NCBI GenBank assembly: GCA_039927695.1
Contig: JBDSUM010000007.1
Location: 11,700-75,699, forward strand
Reading direction: 5' to 3'
Length of the DNA: 64,000 bases
Origin: Minisyncoccota bacterium
GTDB taxonomy: Bacteria > Patescibacteriota > Minisyncoccia > Phycocordibacterales > Phycocordibacteraceae
In this document: positions 28,788 to 38,492 of the stretch, piece by piece
How the letters are laid out: each line of letters opens with the position of its first letter
How positions within the stretch are numbered: the first letter of the stretch is position 1
The notes under the pieces: model-generated
Databases searched by the model: none
Told to the model about the DNA's origin: nothing
The model's input: only the letters and a program-made list of their open reading frames with translations
Translations under genes and position numbers: made by a program

Positions 28788-30110
28788 TTAAATTATATCC
28801 ACACGTTTGTTGTTTAGGACTATTTTACTCTTCAGACACGTCAATAAATCTCGCTTCTCAAACATCGATCCTTCGGTCAGAAGATACTTTGCATAGTTCC
28901 TGATGTCGGCTTCCTTTGCATAATAGATTTCTTCGGCTTTGCCCATGATGCCGGAGTGGAACTTCTTGTGCCGTTCAATCTCGGCCTCCAGTTTCTTCTT
29001 GATGCCTGAATGATCAAGGTCGACTTGGTCGATGATTTCTGTTAGTTGGTTGATGAGAATCTTCTCTTCGATATACCCCTCCTTGCAATTGATGTCTTTG
29101 GATCGGGTGCAGCCGTAGTAAATATACTTTGCAATTGAACCGTCCTTGAGGTTTTTAAACTTCTCCTGGGCAGTTACGCCTGAACCGCACGCTCCGCAGG
29201 AGAGGAGTCGAGTAAAGGCAAACTCCTTGTTCTTATTTGGCGCGCGGATTTGAAGATGGAGTTGTTTCTGGACGGCATCGAATAATTCCTTAGATATGAG
29301 CGGTGCATGCTTTCCCTGGAACCATCGTCCGCTTGTTTTCGGATACTCAAACGAACCGTGATAGAAGTGGTTGGCCAGAATAACGTAGACATTGCTCAAA
29401 GTGAGAGGCTTTCCGGTTCTTGTGACGAACTTAATATCCTTGAGCCACCTGTATACCTTACGGCCACTCCATCCCTCGTTCGCTACTTTCTGGAAGAGTT
29501 CCTTGATAATCGGTGCTCGGTCGGGATCTATGAACACGACACCCTTCTGATCCTTATTCTTGGAGTTGAGGTATCCAGTTGGCGCTACTGACGGCCAGAG
29601 ACCCATTTCGCATTTGGTCTTGAGGCCGCGCTTTACGTTAATACTCTTGTTGTCGTTCTCAAGCTTGGCTTGGGAGCCAAGAATCATGAGGAGAAACTTC
29701 TCGTTCGGATTGTTGGTGAAGCGTTGGCTGTAGGTACGGATTTCTATGAGTTTCTTCTGATCGAGGAGGTCTACTACTGCACCGAGGTCTCCCGCATTTC
29801 GAGCTAGGCGGTCAGGATGCCAGACGAGGATGCCGTTAAACTTTCCCTCGCGGATATCGAGAAGCAGTTTGTTGTATACCGGTCGCTGTCCGGCATCCTT
29901 TGCGGAATGTGACTCTCGATACATATCCACCACGTTCAACCCATCTCGCTGAGCTACGGCCAACATCTCGTTTAGTTGGGAATCTATGGAGAGTGCCTGC
30001 TTCTCTTCAGCTTCGCTCGATTTACGGGCGTACAGGCAATACCTGACGGGTTCCTGCTCCTGGAGGCCGGGAATAGTTATATTCGCTCCATATGCTGTTG
30101 CGGTTTCCAT
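28788..30110 (-). CDS. Large serine recombinase (paralogue of 714..2033)
   Basis: YCLYARKSSEAEEKQ catalytic motif; roughly three-quarters identical by eye to the 714..2033 protein over the catalytic domain; zinc ribbon CGACGSG...YYGCTRSKDINC. Confidence 0.9.
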   Translation of the reverse strand: METATAYGANITIPGLQEQEPVRYCLYARKSSEAEEKQALSIDSQLNEMLAVAQRDGLNVVDMYRESHSAKDAGQRPVYNKLLLDIREGKFNGILVWHPDRLARNAGDLGAVVDLLDQKKLIEIRTYSQRFTNNPNEKFLLMILGSQAKLENDNKSINVKRGLKTKCEMGLWPSVAPTGYLNSKNKDQKGVVFIDPDRAPIIKELFQKVANEGWSGRKVYRWLKDIKFVTRTGKPLTLSNVYVILANHFYHGSFEYPKTSGRWFQGKHAPLISKELFDAVQKQLHLQIRAPNKNKEFAFTRLLSCGACGSGVTAQEKFKNLKDGSIAKYIYYGCTRSKDINCKEGYIEEKILINQLTEIIDQVDLDHSGIKKKLEAEIERHKKFHSGIMGKAEEIYYAKEADIRNYAKYLLTEGSMFEKRDLLTCLKSKIVLNNKRVDII

Positions 30111-30302
30111 ACGACACGAACATACCGGACACGGCTACGAAGTCTAGTGCATAACGACTTACGGAGCAGAAGGGTGGAAGAGTCAACGACTATACAAGTT
30201 CGGAGAATGAAGCTAAGGTACGGACGTTCGCTAAGAATGCTTATTTCTGTCATAATTTACCCGTATAAGGCTTGGGTAAGAAAGATTGAGCCGAATAACT
30301 TT

Positions 30303-31478
30303 ATGGAAAATAAATCTCAAAATAAAGGTCTAACTGCAGCAAAGAAGGCAAAGAACGATGAGTTTTATACTCAGCTTGTTGATATTGAAAAAGAGCTGAA
30401 GCACTACAAAAGCCAATTTCGCGGAAAGGTTGTCTACTGCAACTGCGACGACCCTTTTGAAAGCAACTTCTTTAAATACTTCGCTGGTAATTTTAACGCA
30501 CTTGGACTAAAACAGTTGATTGCGACTAGTTACAAACCATCTCCAATTGCCAATACCCAACTCGGGCTCTTTGGTAACAGCACGGTGTTAGCAACGACTA
30601 AAGGTCGTCAAAAAGTAACTGCCAATAAATTCATTATCAATGAGGTTGACGATATTGACGGTGACGGTGCTTTTGACTTGCGTGATATTGCTGAGCAGCT
30701 TAAGGCTAATAAAAATAATGAATGGTCACCGTTAGATGGTGAGGGAGATTTTAGAAGTGCAGAAAGTATAGAATTGCTCAAGCAAGCTGACATTGTAGTG
30801 ACCAATCCACCTTTTTCACTCTTTCGTGAATACGTTGCACAGCTAATGGAGTATAAAAAGAAGTTTTTGATTCTTGGCGATCAGAACGCTATTACCTACA
30901 AGGAAACCTTTAGCTATATCAAAGAGGACAAATTGTGGCTTGGTTATGACAATGGTGGCACAAAGTGGTTTCAGGTCCCGATGGATTACGACATACCAAC
31001 AGAATCAAGAAAGAAAATTGAGAACGAGGTGAAGTACTTCAGTATGGGAAGAATTATGTGGTTTACGAACCTTGATACCACTAAGCGGCATGAGGAACTG
31101 ACATTGTATAAAAAGTATTCTAAAGCAGAATACCCAAAGTACGACAATTACGACGCAATAAACATTGATAAAGTTTCCGACATTCCAGCAGATTACGATG
31201 GCGTAATGGGTGTGCCAATTACTTTTTTAGATAAATACAGCCCTGAACAGTTTGAGATTATTGGTATTACTAAGAAATTGGGATTCCATTTGAGGACACG
31301 CGTCTACCCCAATCAAACACAGGTCAGTGCCGACGGAGTACGGAGTGTGGTCTCGAAATTGAACGATGGCGCTACGATAAAGCTTTCCAAGGCTCCAGTT
31401 GGCAAGACGTATTATATTGTCGGTGATGAGTTTTTTGTCCAACTCTATGCGCGTGTCTTAATTAAAAGAAAAAACTAA
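30303..31478 (+). CDS. N6-adenine DNA methyltransferase, EcoRI-methylase-like family
   Basis: N-terminal KKAKNDEFYTQ...KVVYCNCDDPF block; NPPF motif IV (IVVTNPPFSL); ORF-track N-terminal extension overlapping the recombinase is rejected. Confidence 0.7.
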   Translation: MENKSQNKGLTAAKKAKNDEFYTQLVDIEKELKHYKSQFRGKVVYCNCDDPFESNFFKYFAGNFNALGLKQLIATSYKPSPIANTQLGLFGNSTVLATTKGRQKVTANKFIINEVDDIDGDGAFDLRDIAEQLKANKNNEWSPLDGEGDFRSAESIELLKQADIVVTNPPFSLFREYVAQLMEYKKKFLILGDQNAITYKETFSYIKEDKLWLGYDNGGTKWFQVPMDYDIPTESRKKIENEVKYFSMGRIMWFTNLDTTKRHEELTLYKKYSKAEYPKYDNYDAINIDKVSDIPADYDGVMGVPITFLDKYSPEQFEIIGITKKLGFHLRTRVYPNQTQVSADGVRSVVSKLNDGATIKLSKAPVGKTYYIVGDEFFVQLYARVLIKRKN

Positions 31479-31479
31479 T

Positions 31480-32583
31480 ATGAAAATAGAACTACATAAA
31501 ATCAAAGTGCGTGAAGTGGTCGATGGCTACAAAGATAGTCACGAGGAAGGCGTCGTGGCGTATGGCGGCAAACTTGATGTTCGTCCAAAATATCAGCGCG
31601 AATTCGTCTACAAAGACAAGCAACGTGATGCGGTTATCGATACTGTCAGACAAGGATTTCCTCTTAACGTTATGTACTGGGTACAAAGTGGAGAAGGCAG
31701 TTTTGAGGTGCTAGATGGACAACAGCGAACAATCAGTATTGGTCAATATGTAAACGGAGATTTCTCAGTTGATTTCAGTGGACGAACAGCAATGTTCCAT
31801 AACCTCACCAAAGAAGAACAGGAGCAGATTCTCAACTATGAGTTGATGATCTATTTTTGTGAAGGAACCGATAAAGAAAAGCTCGATTGGTTCAAGATTA
31901 TTAACATCGCTGGAGAGCGTCTTACGGATCAGGAATTACGCAACGCCGTCTACACCGGCCCATGGCTTTCAGATGCGAAACTCAAGTTCAGCAAATCCAA
32001 TTGTGCCGCGTATCTTTTGGCGAACGACGGTGGTGCATTACTTACTGGCTCACCAATTCGGCAAGAATATTTGGAAACTGCACTGGACTGGATAAATAAC
32101 GCCGAAGTTGCTGAGTATATGGCAAAACATCAGCACGACAAAAACGCTAACGAATTATGGGAGTATTTTCAAAATGTAGCTGAGTGGGTACGGAAAACAT
32201 TTCCCAATTACCGCAAAGAGATGGCGAATGTTAATTGGGGTGAGTTGTATAACGAATTTAAGGATAGGAAGCTTGACGCTAAAAATCTAGAATCCGAAGT
32301 TGCAGAATTGATGCAGGATGAGGACGTAACAAAGAAATCAGGTATTTACCCTTACACACTCACTAGGCAAGAACGGCATCTTTCGATACGCGCTTTCAAC
32401 GATAAGATGAAGCGTGAAGCTTATGAGAGACAGAAGGGTATCTGCGTAAAGTGTGGAAAGCACTTTGAAATCGAAGAGATGGAAGCGGATCATATAACCC
32501 CATGGCACGAGGGTGGTAAAACGACAGCACAAAATTGTCAGATGCTGTGCAAGCAAGATAATCGAACCAAGTCAGATAAGTAA
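31480..32583 (+). CDS. DUF262 (ParB-like, DGQQR) + C-terminal HNH nuclease; GmrSD-like type IV restriction enzyme family
   Basis: YQREFVY...[12 protein letters not shown]262 signature; C-terminal CVKCGK...[32 protein letters not shown] motif. Confidence 0.8.
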   Translation: MKIELHKIKVREVVDGYKDSHEEGVVAYGGKLDVRPKYQREFVYKDKQRDAVIDTVRQGFPLNVMYWVQSGEGSFEVLDGQQRTISIGQYVNGDFSVDFSGRTAMFHNLTKEEQEQILNYELMIYFCEGTDKEKLDWFKIINIAGERLTDQELRNAVYTGPWLSDAKLKFSKSNCAAYLLANDGGALLTGSPIRQEYLETALDWINNAEVAEYMAKHQHDKNANELWEYFQNVAEWVRKTFPNYRKEMANVNWGELYNEFKDRKLDAKNLESEVAELMQDEDVTKKSGIYPYTLTRQERHLSIRAFNDKMKREAYERQKGICVKCGKHFEIEEMEADHITPWHEGGKTTAQNCQMLCKQDNRTKSDK

Positions 32584-32588
32584 CATCT

Positions 32589-33866
32589 ATGAATGAGATT
32601 ATCTGCCCACACTGCAAAAAGGCTTTCAAAATAGACGAGGCAGGTTTTGCCGATATCTTAAAGCAAGTTCGCGACCATGAGTTTGAGAATGAACTTCATG
32701 AGCGTGCGGAGTTATTTGAGAAGGATAAGGAAAGCGCGGTCAAACTTGCGGAAGCTAATCTCAAGAACACACTACAAGCAGATCTCGCAAGAAAGGAGGC
32801 TGAGCTAGTTCAGTTGGAGGCGAATAAGGATCGCGAACTTGCCGAGCTTGAAGCAAAAAAAGAAGCAGAGATTGCTGAGGTGAAATCAAAGATAAGTAAT
32901 GCAGATCTCGAGAAGAAACTTGCCGTCACTGAAGCGGTAAATAAGATTGAGAAAGAACGTGATGAACTTGCTGGTGAGCTAAAAATTAAAGATACGGAGA
33001 AGCAATTGCTCGAGACATCTCTAAAAGATAAATACGCAACTGAGCTTAAGACCAAGGACGACATCATTAAGATGAAAGACGAAGAAATTGCTCTTCGTAA
33101 GGACATGAAGGTAAAACTCTCAACCAAAATGGTTGGCGAAACACTAGAGCAGCACTGTGAGACTGAGTTTAATAAGCTCCGTGCGACTGGTTTTCAAAAC
33201 GCATATTTCGAAAAAGATAATGATTCGACGAGCGGCAGTAAGGGTGACTACATATACCGTGAGACTGACGAATCTGGAAACGAGATTATATCCATCATGT
33301 TCGAAATGAAGAACGAAGGTGATGAGACTGCTACCAAGAAAAAGAACGAAGATTTCTTAAAGGAACTTGATAAGGATCGTACCGAGAAAAAGTGTGAGTA
33401 CGCCGTTCTCGTTACACTTTTGGAGTCGGAGAATGAACTGTACAACACTGGAATTGTTGATGTATCTCACAAATATCCAAAAATGTATGTGGTTCGTCCG
33501 CAATTTTTCATTCCTATAATCACGTTACTACGTAACGCAGCTATGAACTCGCTTAAATATAAAGCCGAGCTTGCTGTAGTAAAGAATCAAAATATCGACA
33601 TCACCAACTTTGAGGAAAATATAAGTAAGTTCAAAGAGGCGTTTGGTAAAAACTATCAACTTGCTTCTAGTAAATTTAAGACAGCAATCGAAGAGATAGA
33701 TAAAACTATCGATCATCTTCAGAAAACTAAAGACGCACTCCTGTCTTCTGAAAACAATCTTCGACTTGCTAATAATAAAGCAGAGGATTTGACGATCAAA
33801 AAGCTTACGAGAGGAAACCCTACAATGCAGGCAAAGTTTGACGAGCTTCCTGATGCGGACAAATAG
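32589..33866 (+). CDS. DUF2130-family coiled-coil protein
   Basis: N-terminal [23 protein letters not shown] then a long coiled-coil; architecture as in DUF2130. Confidence 0.55.
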   Translation: MNEIICPHCKKAFKIDEAGFADILKQVRDHEFENELHERAELFEKDKESAVKLAEANLKNTLQADLARKEAELVQLEANKDRELAELEAKKEAEIAEVKSKISNADLEKKLAVTEAVNKIEKERDELAGELKIKDTEKQLLETSLKDKYATELKTKDDIIKMKDEEIALRKDMKVKLSTKMVGETLEQHCETEFNKLRATGFQNAYFEKDNDSTSGSKGDYIYRETDESGNEIISIMFEMKNEGDETATKKKNEDFLKELDKDRTEKKCEYAVLVTLLESENELYNTGIVDVSHKYPKMYVVRPQFFIPIITLLRNAAMNSLKYKAELAVVKNQNIDITNFEENISKFKEAFGKNYQLASSKFKTAIEEIDKTIDHLQKTKDALLSSENNLRLANNKAEDLTIKKLTRGNPTMQAKFDELPDADK

Positions 33867-33935
33867 CTAAACTTGCTCCGTTGCTTTTGAAATAGGGGAT
33901 AACTCTATTACGACCTTTCTGCAAAGGAAGCTAAG

Positions 33936-34295
33936 TTACTCATACGCCGACTTCGGCGCAAATATGGCATCAATCCTTTCATCCTCTTCGTCACCAATCT
34001 TGCGCTTATGTGTTTTTCTAGCAGTCTCGCCATCTCCTCTATATGGCGGCGGCTTTCCATCCCTATATTCCCAGATCATTTTGATCATCTGCTGGTCTCC
34101 CTTAAGAGCCATTTGGACGATTCTTTCAATCATCAGCTTCTCTATAGTCTTCCGGTCTTTGCCTTCTCCAACCGTCTGCTGGAGAACCTCCAAAATGACG
34201 GTCTTCATGTTCTTTGATCCTGGCGGCCGTCCATTCAGATTTCGCCTTGGATCATAGCCGGACCGGAAGGGTTTTAACGTATGTGGGTTACTCAT
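33936..34295 (-). CDS. DUF5681-like phage-associated small protein
   Basis: N-terminal FRSGYDPRRNLNGRPPGSKN resembles the GxSGNPxGRPxGxxN motif. Confidence 0.4.
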   Translation of the reverse strand: MSNPHTLKPFRSGYDPRRNLNGRPPGSKNMKTVILEVLQQTVGEGKDRKTIEKLMIERIVQMALKGDQQMIKMIWEYRDGKPPPYRGDGETARKTHKRKIGDEEDERIDAIFAPKSAYE

Positions 34296-34598
34296 GCCGA
34301 TAACAATATCGGCTGTTTTCGTATTAACTATAGGAATTACTTTACGCAGTAAAAATCACAGTTAAAAAGGGAGAAAACGGTGACCCGAAACCGGCTTCTT
34401 CACCGTATTTTTCCCGTATTAACGGTCAGGAGTAGGACGACCTAGAGCCGTTAGTCTCGCAGCAAAATATTCGCTAGAATACCCTTACAACAGCTCATGT
34501 CAGTCGGTACCAGACTAAGCATCGCAGCCAACTCGTGCTAGGTTATCGCGCTCGAGACGCGTCGGTAAATTTCGTCTAAAAGTGATAGCATGTAGATA

Positions 34599-35321
34599 AT
34601 GAATGTTGATATTGAACAAATCCGAACATTGTTGAGAGTCAATGGATTAGATGAACAAAGTTCAGATACGCAAATATCTAGTATTTTGCAACAAGCAGGA
34701 TATGCCCCCGATCAGCAAGAAGCAGCTCTGCGTCTATTAAAGCAAGGTCAAGCACCTTCGTTATTATCCAGTGCTGAAGCGCGTCCTAATCCACCCCATT
34801 CAATAAGTATCCCTGCTCTTCAAAAGCAGGACCGGGTCGTGAGTTGGCTTAGAGTTTACTATATTCTACTTGTTGTATACCTCATTGCATTTACCATTGT
34901 TACGTTAGGGTTCGGTCCACTTCTGATACAAGGGTATTTTCTCGAATCACTCATTGTAATTACTTTCCTATTCGTAATCAGTTTATGTTTACCAACAGTT
35001 CGTAGACACAAGAAGCAAACCTTCTTCTTCCTTCTAACATTCATCTTTGCCGCTTCACCATTATTTCTCATACTAAAGCCTGCGATTGGACTATCCAATA
35101 TCCCTCTTTTTATTAAGGTCAGCGGCATGGAGTCGAAAGCTAGCAAAGGGGATCTATTAATGTGGCAAAAACGGTATAAAGAAGATGAAGCCACAGGATA
35201 TTTTGAAACCCATCCAGGAAGTAAATTTGATGAGACGTTAAGAATTAAAGAATCCAGAGACAAATATTGCGCTGACTCTTTTAGCAAAGGCGATTCTGAC
35301 TACAAAAGCTTGTGTCAGTAA
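34599..35321 (+). CDS. Polytopic membrane protein
   Basis: 3-4 TM helices in the central region. Confidence 0.45.
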   Translation: MNVDIEQIRTLLRVNGLDEQSSDTQISSILQQAGYAPDQQEAALRLLKQGQAPSLLSSAEARPNPPHSISIPALQKQDRVVSWLRVYYILLVVYLIAFTIVTLGFGPLLIQGYFLESLIVITFLFVISLCLPTVRRHKKQTFFFLLTFIFAASPLFLILKPAIGLSNIPLFIKVSGMESKASKGDLLMWQKRYKEDEATGYFETHPGSKFDETLRIKESRDKYCADSFSKGDSDYKSLCQ

Positions 35322-35362
35322 GCTGAAACATCACTCTTAAAAAGTTTTCTTTATTAATAGCC

Positions 35363-35389
35363 GTTTGAATACCGTCTCAGACGGCCAGC
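35363..35389 (+). repeat. Conserved intergenic repeat, copy 6
   Basis: gtttgaataccgtctcagacggccagc; dyad CGTC-TCA-GACG. Confidence 0.8.
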
Positions 35390-35414
35390 CAGATTGTTTG
35401 ATAGAATAATCGAC

Positions 35415-35888
35415 ATGCGATACGTTGCGCTTTTGCGAGGGATCATGCCAATGAATCCCAATATGAAGAGCGAGAAGCTCAAGGAATTTTTCGAGGATAT
35501 TGGTTTTAAAAATGTACACACAGTCATTGCTAGTGGCAATGTGATATTTGATTCACCGACCACCGACGTTCTTTCGCTTGAAGTCAAGATAGAGAAGGAA
35601 TTACCAAAGAAATTGAAATTCCAAAGTTCGACCTTCATCAGGAGCTATGACGAGCTCAAAAAGCTTACAAGCAAAGATCCATTTAGAGGAGTAAAGGATG
35701 AAAAACCAAATTATTCGGTGGTTACCTTTAAAAAGAGTCCGCGCAAGGAGGTGTGTACCGTTATCGATTTAAATAAAAGCAGTGGCACTGAGATGATGCG
35801 TATGCTTGAGAAAGAACACGGCAAGGAAATTACTACTCGCACATGGAAGACCGTCAATCGTATCTTGAAGAAGATGGAATCTGTGTAG
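35415..35888 (+). CDS. DUF1697-family protein
   Basis: MRYVALLRGIMPMNPNMKSEKLKEFFEDIGFKNV matches the DUF1697 N-terminus; ORF-track start 35394 probably too early. Confidence 0.55.
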   Translation: MRYVALLRGIMPMNPNMKSEKLKEFFEDIGFKNVHTVIASGNVIFDSPTTDVLSLEVKIEKELPKKLKFQSSTFIRSYDELKKLTSKDPFRGVKDEKPNYSVVTFKKSPRKEVCTVIDLNKSSGTEMMRMLEKEHGKEITTRTWKTVNRILKKMESV

Positions 35889-35890
35889 AA

Positions 35891-35920
35891 GTTGTTGAAA
35901 TATCGTCTGAGACGGTCAAC
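35891..35920 (+). repeat. Conserved intergenic repeat, copy 7
   Basis: gttgttgaaatatcgtctgagacggtcaac; dyad CGTC-TGA-GACG. Confidence 0.75.
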
Positions 35921-36138
35921 TCATATATCCTTAGAATATATGACATGAAAATCTAGAAGCATATTCTTTGGGATTGTTGCGGCGCTTACCATACTGGGTA
36001 CGGCATGGTCGACGAAAGGTACTGAAAACCAGAACGCATGGCTCTGGGTATTTAGTGCGTGGCTAGTTTTCACGGCGGCTTTCGAGGCATACTTCAATTG
36101 GAGTAATAGGAGTAAGAAAGTAGAGAGATAAGTAAACA

Positions 36139-36166
36139 GGTTTGGATATCGTCCCAGACTTCCAGC
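36139..36166 (+). repeat. Conserved intergenic repeat, copy 8
   Basis: ggtttggatatcgtcccagacttccagc. Confidence 0.75.
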
Positions 36167-36191
36167 TCGTATTTGTGTCATAATTCTGCTA

Positions 36192-36446
36192 ATGAAGATT
36201 CTTGTTTCAATAGTTCTTCTGCTCTTGGGGATGTCCATGCTGGTATGGAGTAAGAGATTTACTTTCTTTAGTTACTGGTCGAGGCACCTAGGTGAGTTCG
36301 GGGTATTCGGTATGAAAGATTCTTTTCCAGACCTTCCCGGTTGGGAAAGTAAACGGATCCGAAAGACTTATGCAGTCTTAAACCTAGCCCTAGGTATAGG
36401 ATTTATCATTTCTGCAGTACTCATATATCTTAGCGATTTCAGATAA
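36192..36446 (+). CDS. Small 2-TM membrane protein
   Basis: 84 aa with two hydrophobic helices; preceded by repeat copy 8. Confidence 0.4.
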   Translation: MKILVSIVLLLLGMSMLVWSKRFTFFSYWSRHLGEFGVFGMKDSFPDLPGWESKRIRKTYAVLNLALGIGFIISAVLIYLSDFR

Positions 36447-36450
36447 TAGT

Positions 36451-36478
36451 GGTTCCAATGTCGTACCAGGCTTCCAGC
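36451..36478 (+). repeat. Conserved intergenic repeat, copy 9
   Basis: ggttccaatgtcgtaccaggcttccagc. Confidence 0.6.
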
Positions 36479-36498
36479 TCGTTTGATATACTTTCCAT

Positions 36499-36954
36499 AT
36501 GAAGGCAGAAAAATCAATTCTAGTGAGAATGGACAATATGGGCATTGTGGTGGAATCACTCGATGCTGTCATCTCTTTTTTCGAGGAACTCGGACTTAAG
36601 CTCGAGGGGAGAGCTGTTATTGAAGGGACATGGGCTGGGCGTGTTACTGGATTAGGTGATCAGAAGGTGGAGATTGCGATGATGGCCACGCCTGACAATC
36701 ATAGTCGACTCGAACTCTCGCAATTTATACATCCAGCCCTAGTTTCTGATCATCGTAATGCTCCAGTAAATGCTTTGGGATATTTACGAACAATGTTCAC
36801 CGTAAGTGATATTGATGAGACACTAGAGCGACTCCAGAAGCGTGGTGCAACCTTAGTTGGCGAGGTTGTTCAATATGAGAACTCATACCGACTCTGTTAT
36901 ATTCGAGGGCCAGAAGGGCTACTCATTGGATTGGCTGAGGAGCTAAAGACCTAA
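36499..36954 (+). CDS. VOC/glyoxalase-family protein
   Basis: 151 aa with a paired beta-alpha-beta-beta-beta pattern and His/Glu metal ligands typical of glyoxalase/bleomycin-resistance proteins. Confidence 0.6.
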   Translation: MKAEKSILVRMDNMGIVVESLDAVISFFEELGLKLEGRAVIEGTWAGRVTGLGDQKVEIAMMATPDNHSRLELSQFIHPALVSDHRNAPVNALGYLRTMFTVSDIDETLERLQKRGATLVGEVVQYENSYRLCYIRGPEGLLIGLAEELKT

Positions 36955-36955
36955 T

Positions 36956-36990
36956 TAGTTCGGCTCCCACATCGTACCAGAATCCCAACC
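36956..36990 (+). repeat. Conserved intergenic repeat, copy 10 (5-nt insertion)
   Basis: tagttcggctcccacatcgtaccagaatcccaacc. Confidence 0.5.
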
Positions 36991-37058
36991 ATTGACATAT
37001 GTATATATTAATACTATAAATCCTTCAGACGCATTTCGCGTTCATTGGGAGATTTCTC

Positions 37059-37472
37059 ATGGGTAAGTACCGCATCCCAGCTGCTCTTTTCGGCTGGTTC
37101 ATCATCATCGTGAACCTTTCCATTGCATTCGTGCCCGGTCTCAGCAATTTTCTGGTGCATGTCACCATCGAGACGTCACTCGTCTGGCGACTGCTCTTTT
37201 CGGCCTATGTCATTGCGGGGCTCGTTGCTCTCACGGGCGTAATGCTTCCGTTCTCGGATGCGAAGCCGCTTCAGAGCTTTGCAACTGCGAGCTCTATCGG
37301 CTGGCCTCTCGCCTGGATATGCGTCGCTCCGTATGACGGCACTGCCACCTGGAGCCTTACCGCTGTCATGTTCTTCGCGGCGTGGTCATTTACCGCTGCG
37401 GTCTGCATGGCGCGCAATTTGCCACCATTCAAGTTTCGGTTTGAATGGCCGGTGCGGCTCGGTCTCGCTTGA
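37059..37472 (+). CDS. Membrane protein (4 TM)
   Basis: Hydrophobic throughout; preceded by repeat copy 10. Confidence 0.45.
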   Translation: MGKYRIPAALFGWFIIIVNLSIAFVPGLSNFLVHVTIETSLVWRLLFSAYVIAGLVALTGVMLPFSDAKPLQSFATASSIGWPLAWICVAPYDGTATWSLTAVMFFAAWSFTAAVCMARNLPPFKFRFEWPVRLGLA

Positions 37473-37532
37473 GTCGACACCTTACAAGCCCGATTTCGCT
37501 TTTGCGGGGTCGGGCCTCATTTTGTATGCAAA

Positions 37533-37562
37533 ATTGTTCGAATACTGTCTCAGGCCCTCGGC
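37533..37562 (+). repeat. Conserved intergenic repeat, copy 11
   Basis: attgttcgaatactgtctcaggccctcggc. Confidence 0.7.
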
Positions 37563-37628
37563 AAAATTATTTAAGCGTAAATCGCCACATCAATTCATGT
37601 TGATTTACTGCATGCTACGATATAAACA

Positions 37629-38405
37629 ATGGAAGAAGTGATACATAAGAACTTGTTCACAAAAGTAACTCCACTTTCTAAATATCTCGCGATGATACTT
37701 TTTATTGCGATGCCTTTTATTGGCGGATGGGTTGGGTATACATATGCTCCTCGGAAAATAGTTGAAATCGAAAAAGTAGTTTATCAAAAGGATACAAATG
37801 ATTCCTTTGTATTGCCGGAAGAAGCCAAAAACTGGGGACTTTGTGAGCCGACTTCCGCTGTTACTCAAGTTAGTAGAAGTTGGAGTAATCTTGGAAAGAT
37901 TGGATTAGGATTCCAAAAGATTGATGACCAATGGAACAGGCTATTTGTTCCTTTCTATGATTATAAAGTAAAGGGGTATTGCATGAATTATCCCAATACG
38001 TGGAAGATCGCTCCTGCTGGCGTAGAGAATCTAGCGATTTCGTTTAACCGAGATACAAATTCTACAGCCACACCCGAATTTTATTTTGAAGTGGTTAGTT
38101 CAGATTTGCCCTTGGAGAGTTCTGATAAGTTGGTTTATCGATATGAAGAGTCCTCCTCACCACTTGTAGGAATTAACGAGGTAATTGTATCAAAAGAAAT
38201 CAAACACATCGGAGATAAAGATGCACTTGTATTAATAACAAATGAAGGTAATACTGCCTACCTTCGTATATTCGTAAAAGACGAAAGTAAGTTCTACATG
38301 TTAGAGAAATCTTTTCCTTCACCCGAATTCTACACTTCTATCTATGCAGATTTCTTGGCAACCGCATTCGAGATGATCTCTTCCATCCGTCCATTGGGAA
38401 AATAA
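37629..38405 (+). CDS. Hypothetical secreted/membrane-anchored protein
   Basis: N-terminal TM/signal-like segment; no family recognised; preceded by repeat copy 11. Confidence 0.45.
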   Translation: MEEVIHKNLFTKVTPLSKYLAMILFIAMPFIGGWVGYTYAPRKIVEIEKVVYQKDTNDSFVLPEEAKNWGLCEPTSAVTQVSRSWSNLGKIGLGFQKIDDQWNRLFVPFYDYKVKGYCMNYPNTWKIAPAGVENLAISFNRDTNSTATPEFYFEVVSSDLPLESSDKLVYRYEESSSPLVGINEVIVSKEIKHIGDKDALVLITNEGNTAYLRIFVKDESKFYMLEKSFPSPEFYTSIYADFLATAFEMISSIRPLGK

Positions 38406-38418
38406 CACTTTAGCAAGT

Positions 38419-38449
38419 ATTGTTTGAATATCGTCCCAGACTCCCAGTC
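38419..38449 (+). repeat. Conserved intergenic repeat, copy 12
   Basis: attgtttgaatatcgtcccagactcccagtc. Confidence 0.8.
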
Positions 38450-38492
38450 AATATCTTATAGCGCAAGGTGATGTAATCAGTATACTTATCAA

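Noticed and set aside
29976-30302. ORF-track N-terminal extension of the N6A methyltransferase ORF (starting 29976)
   Set aside because: It overlaps the 5' end of the serine recombinase on the opposite strand. The conserved MTase N-terminus begins at the Met at 30303.
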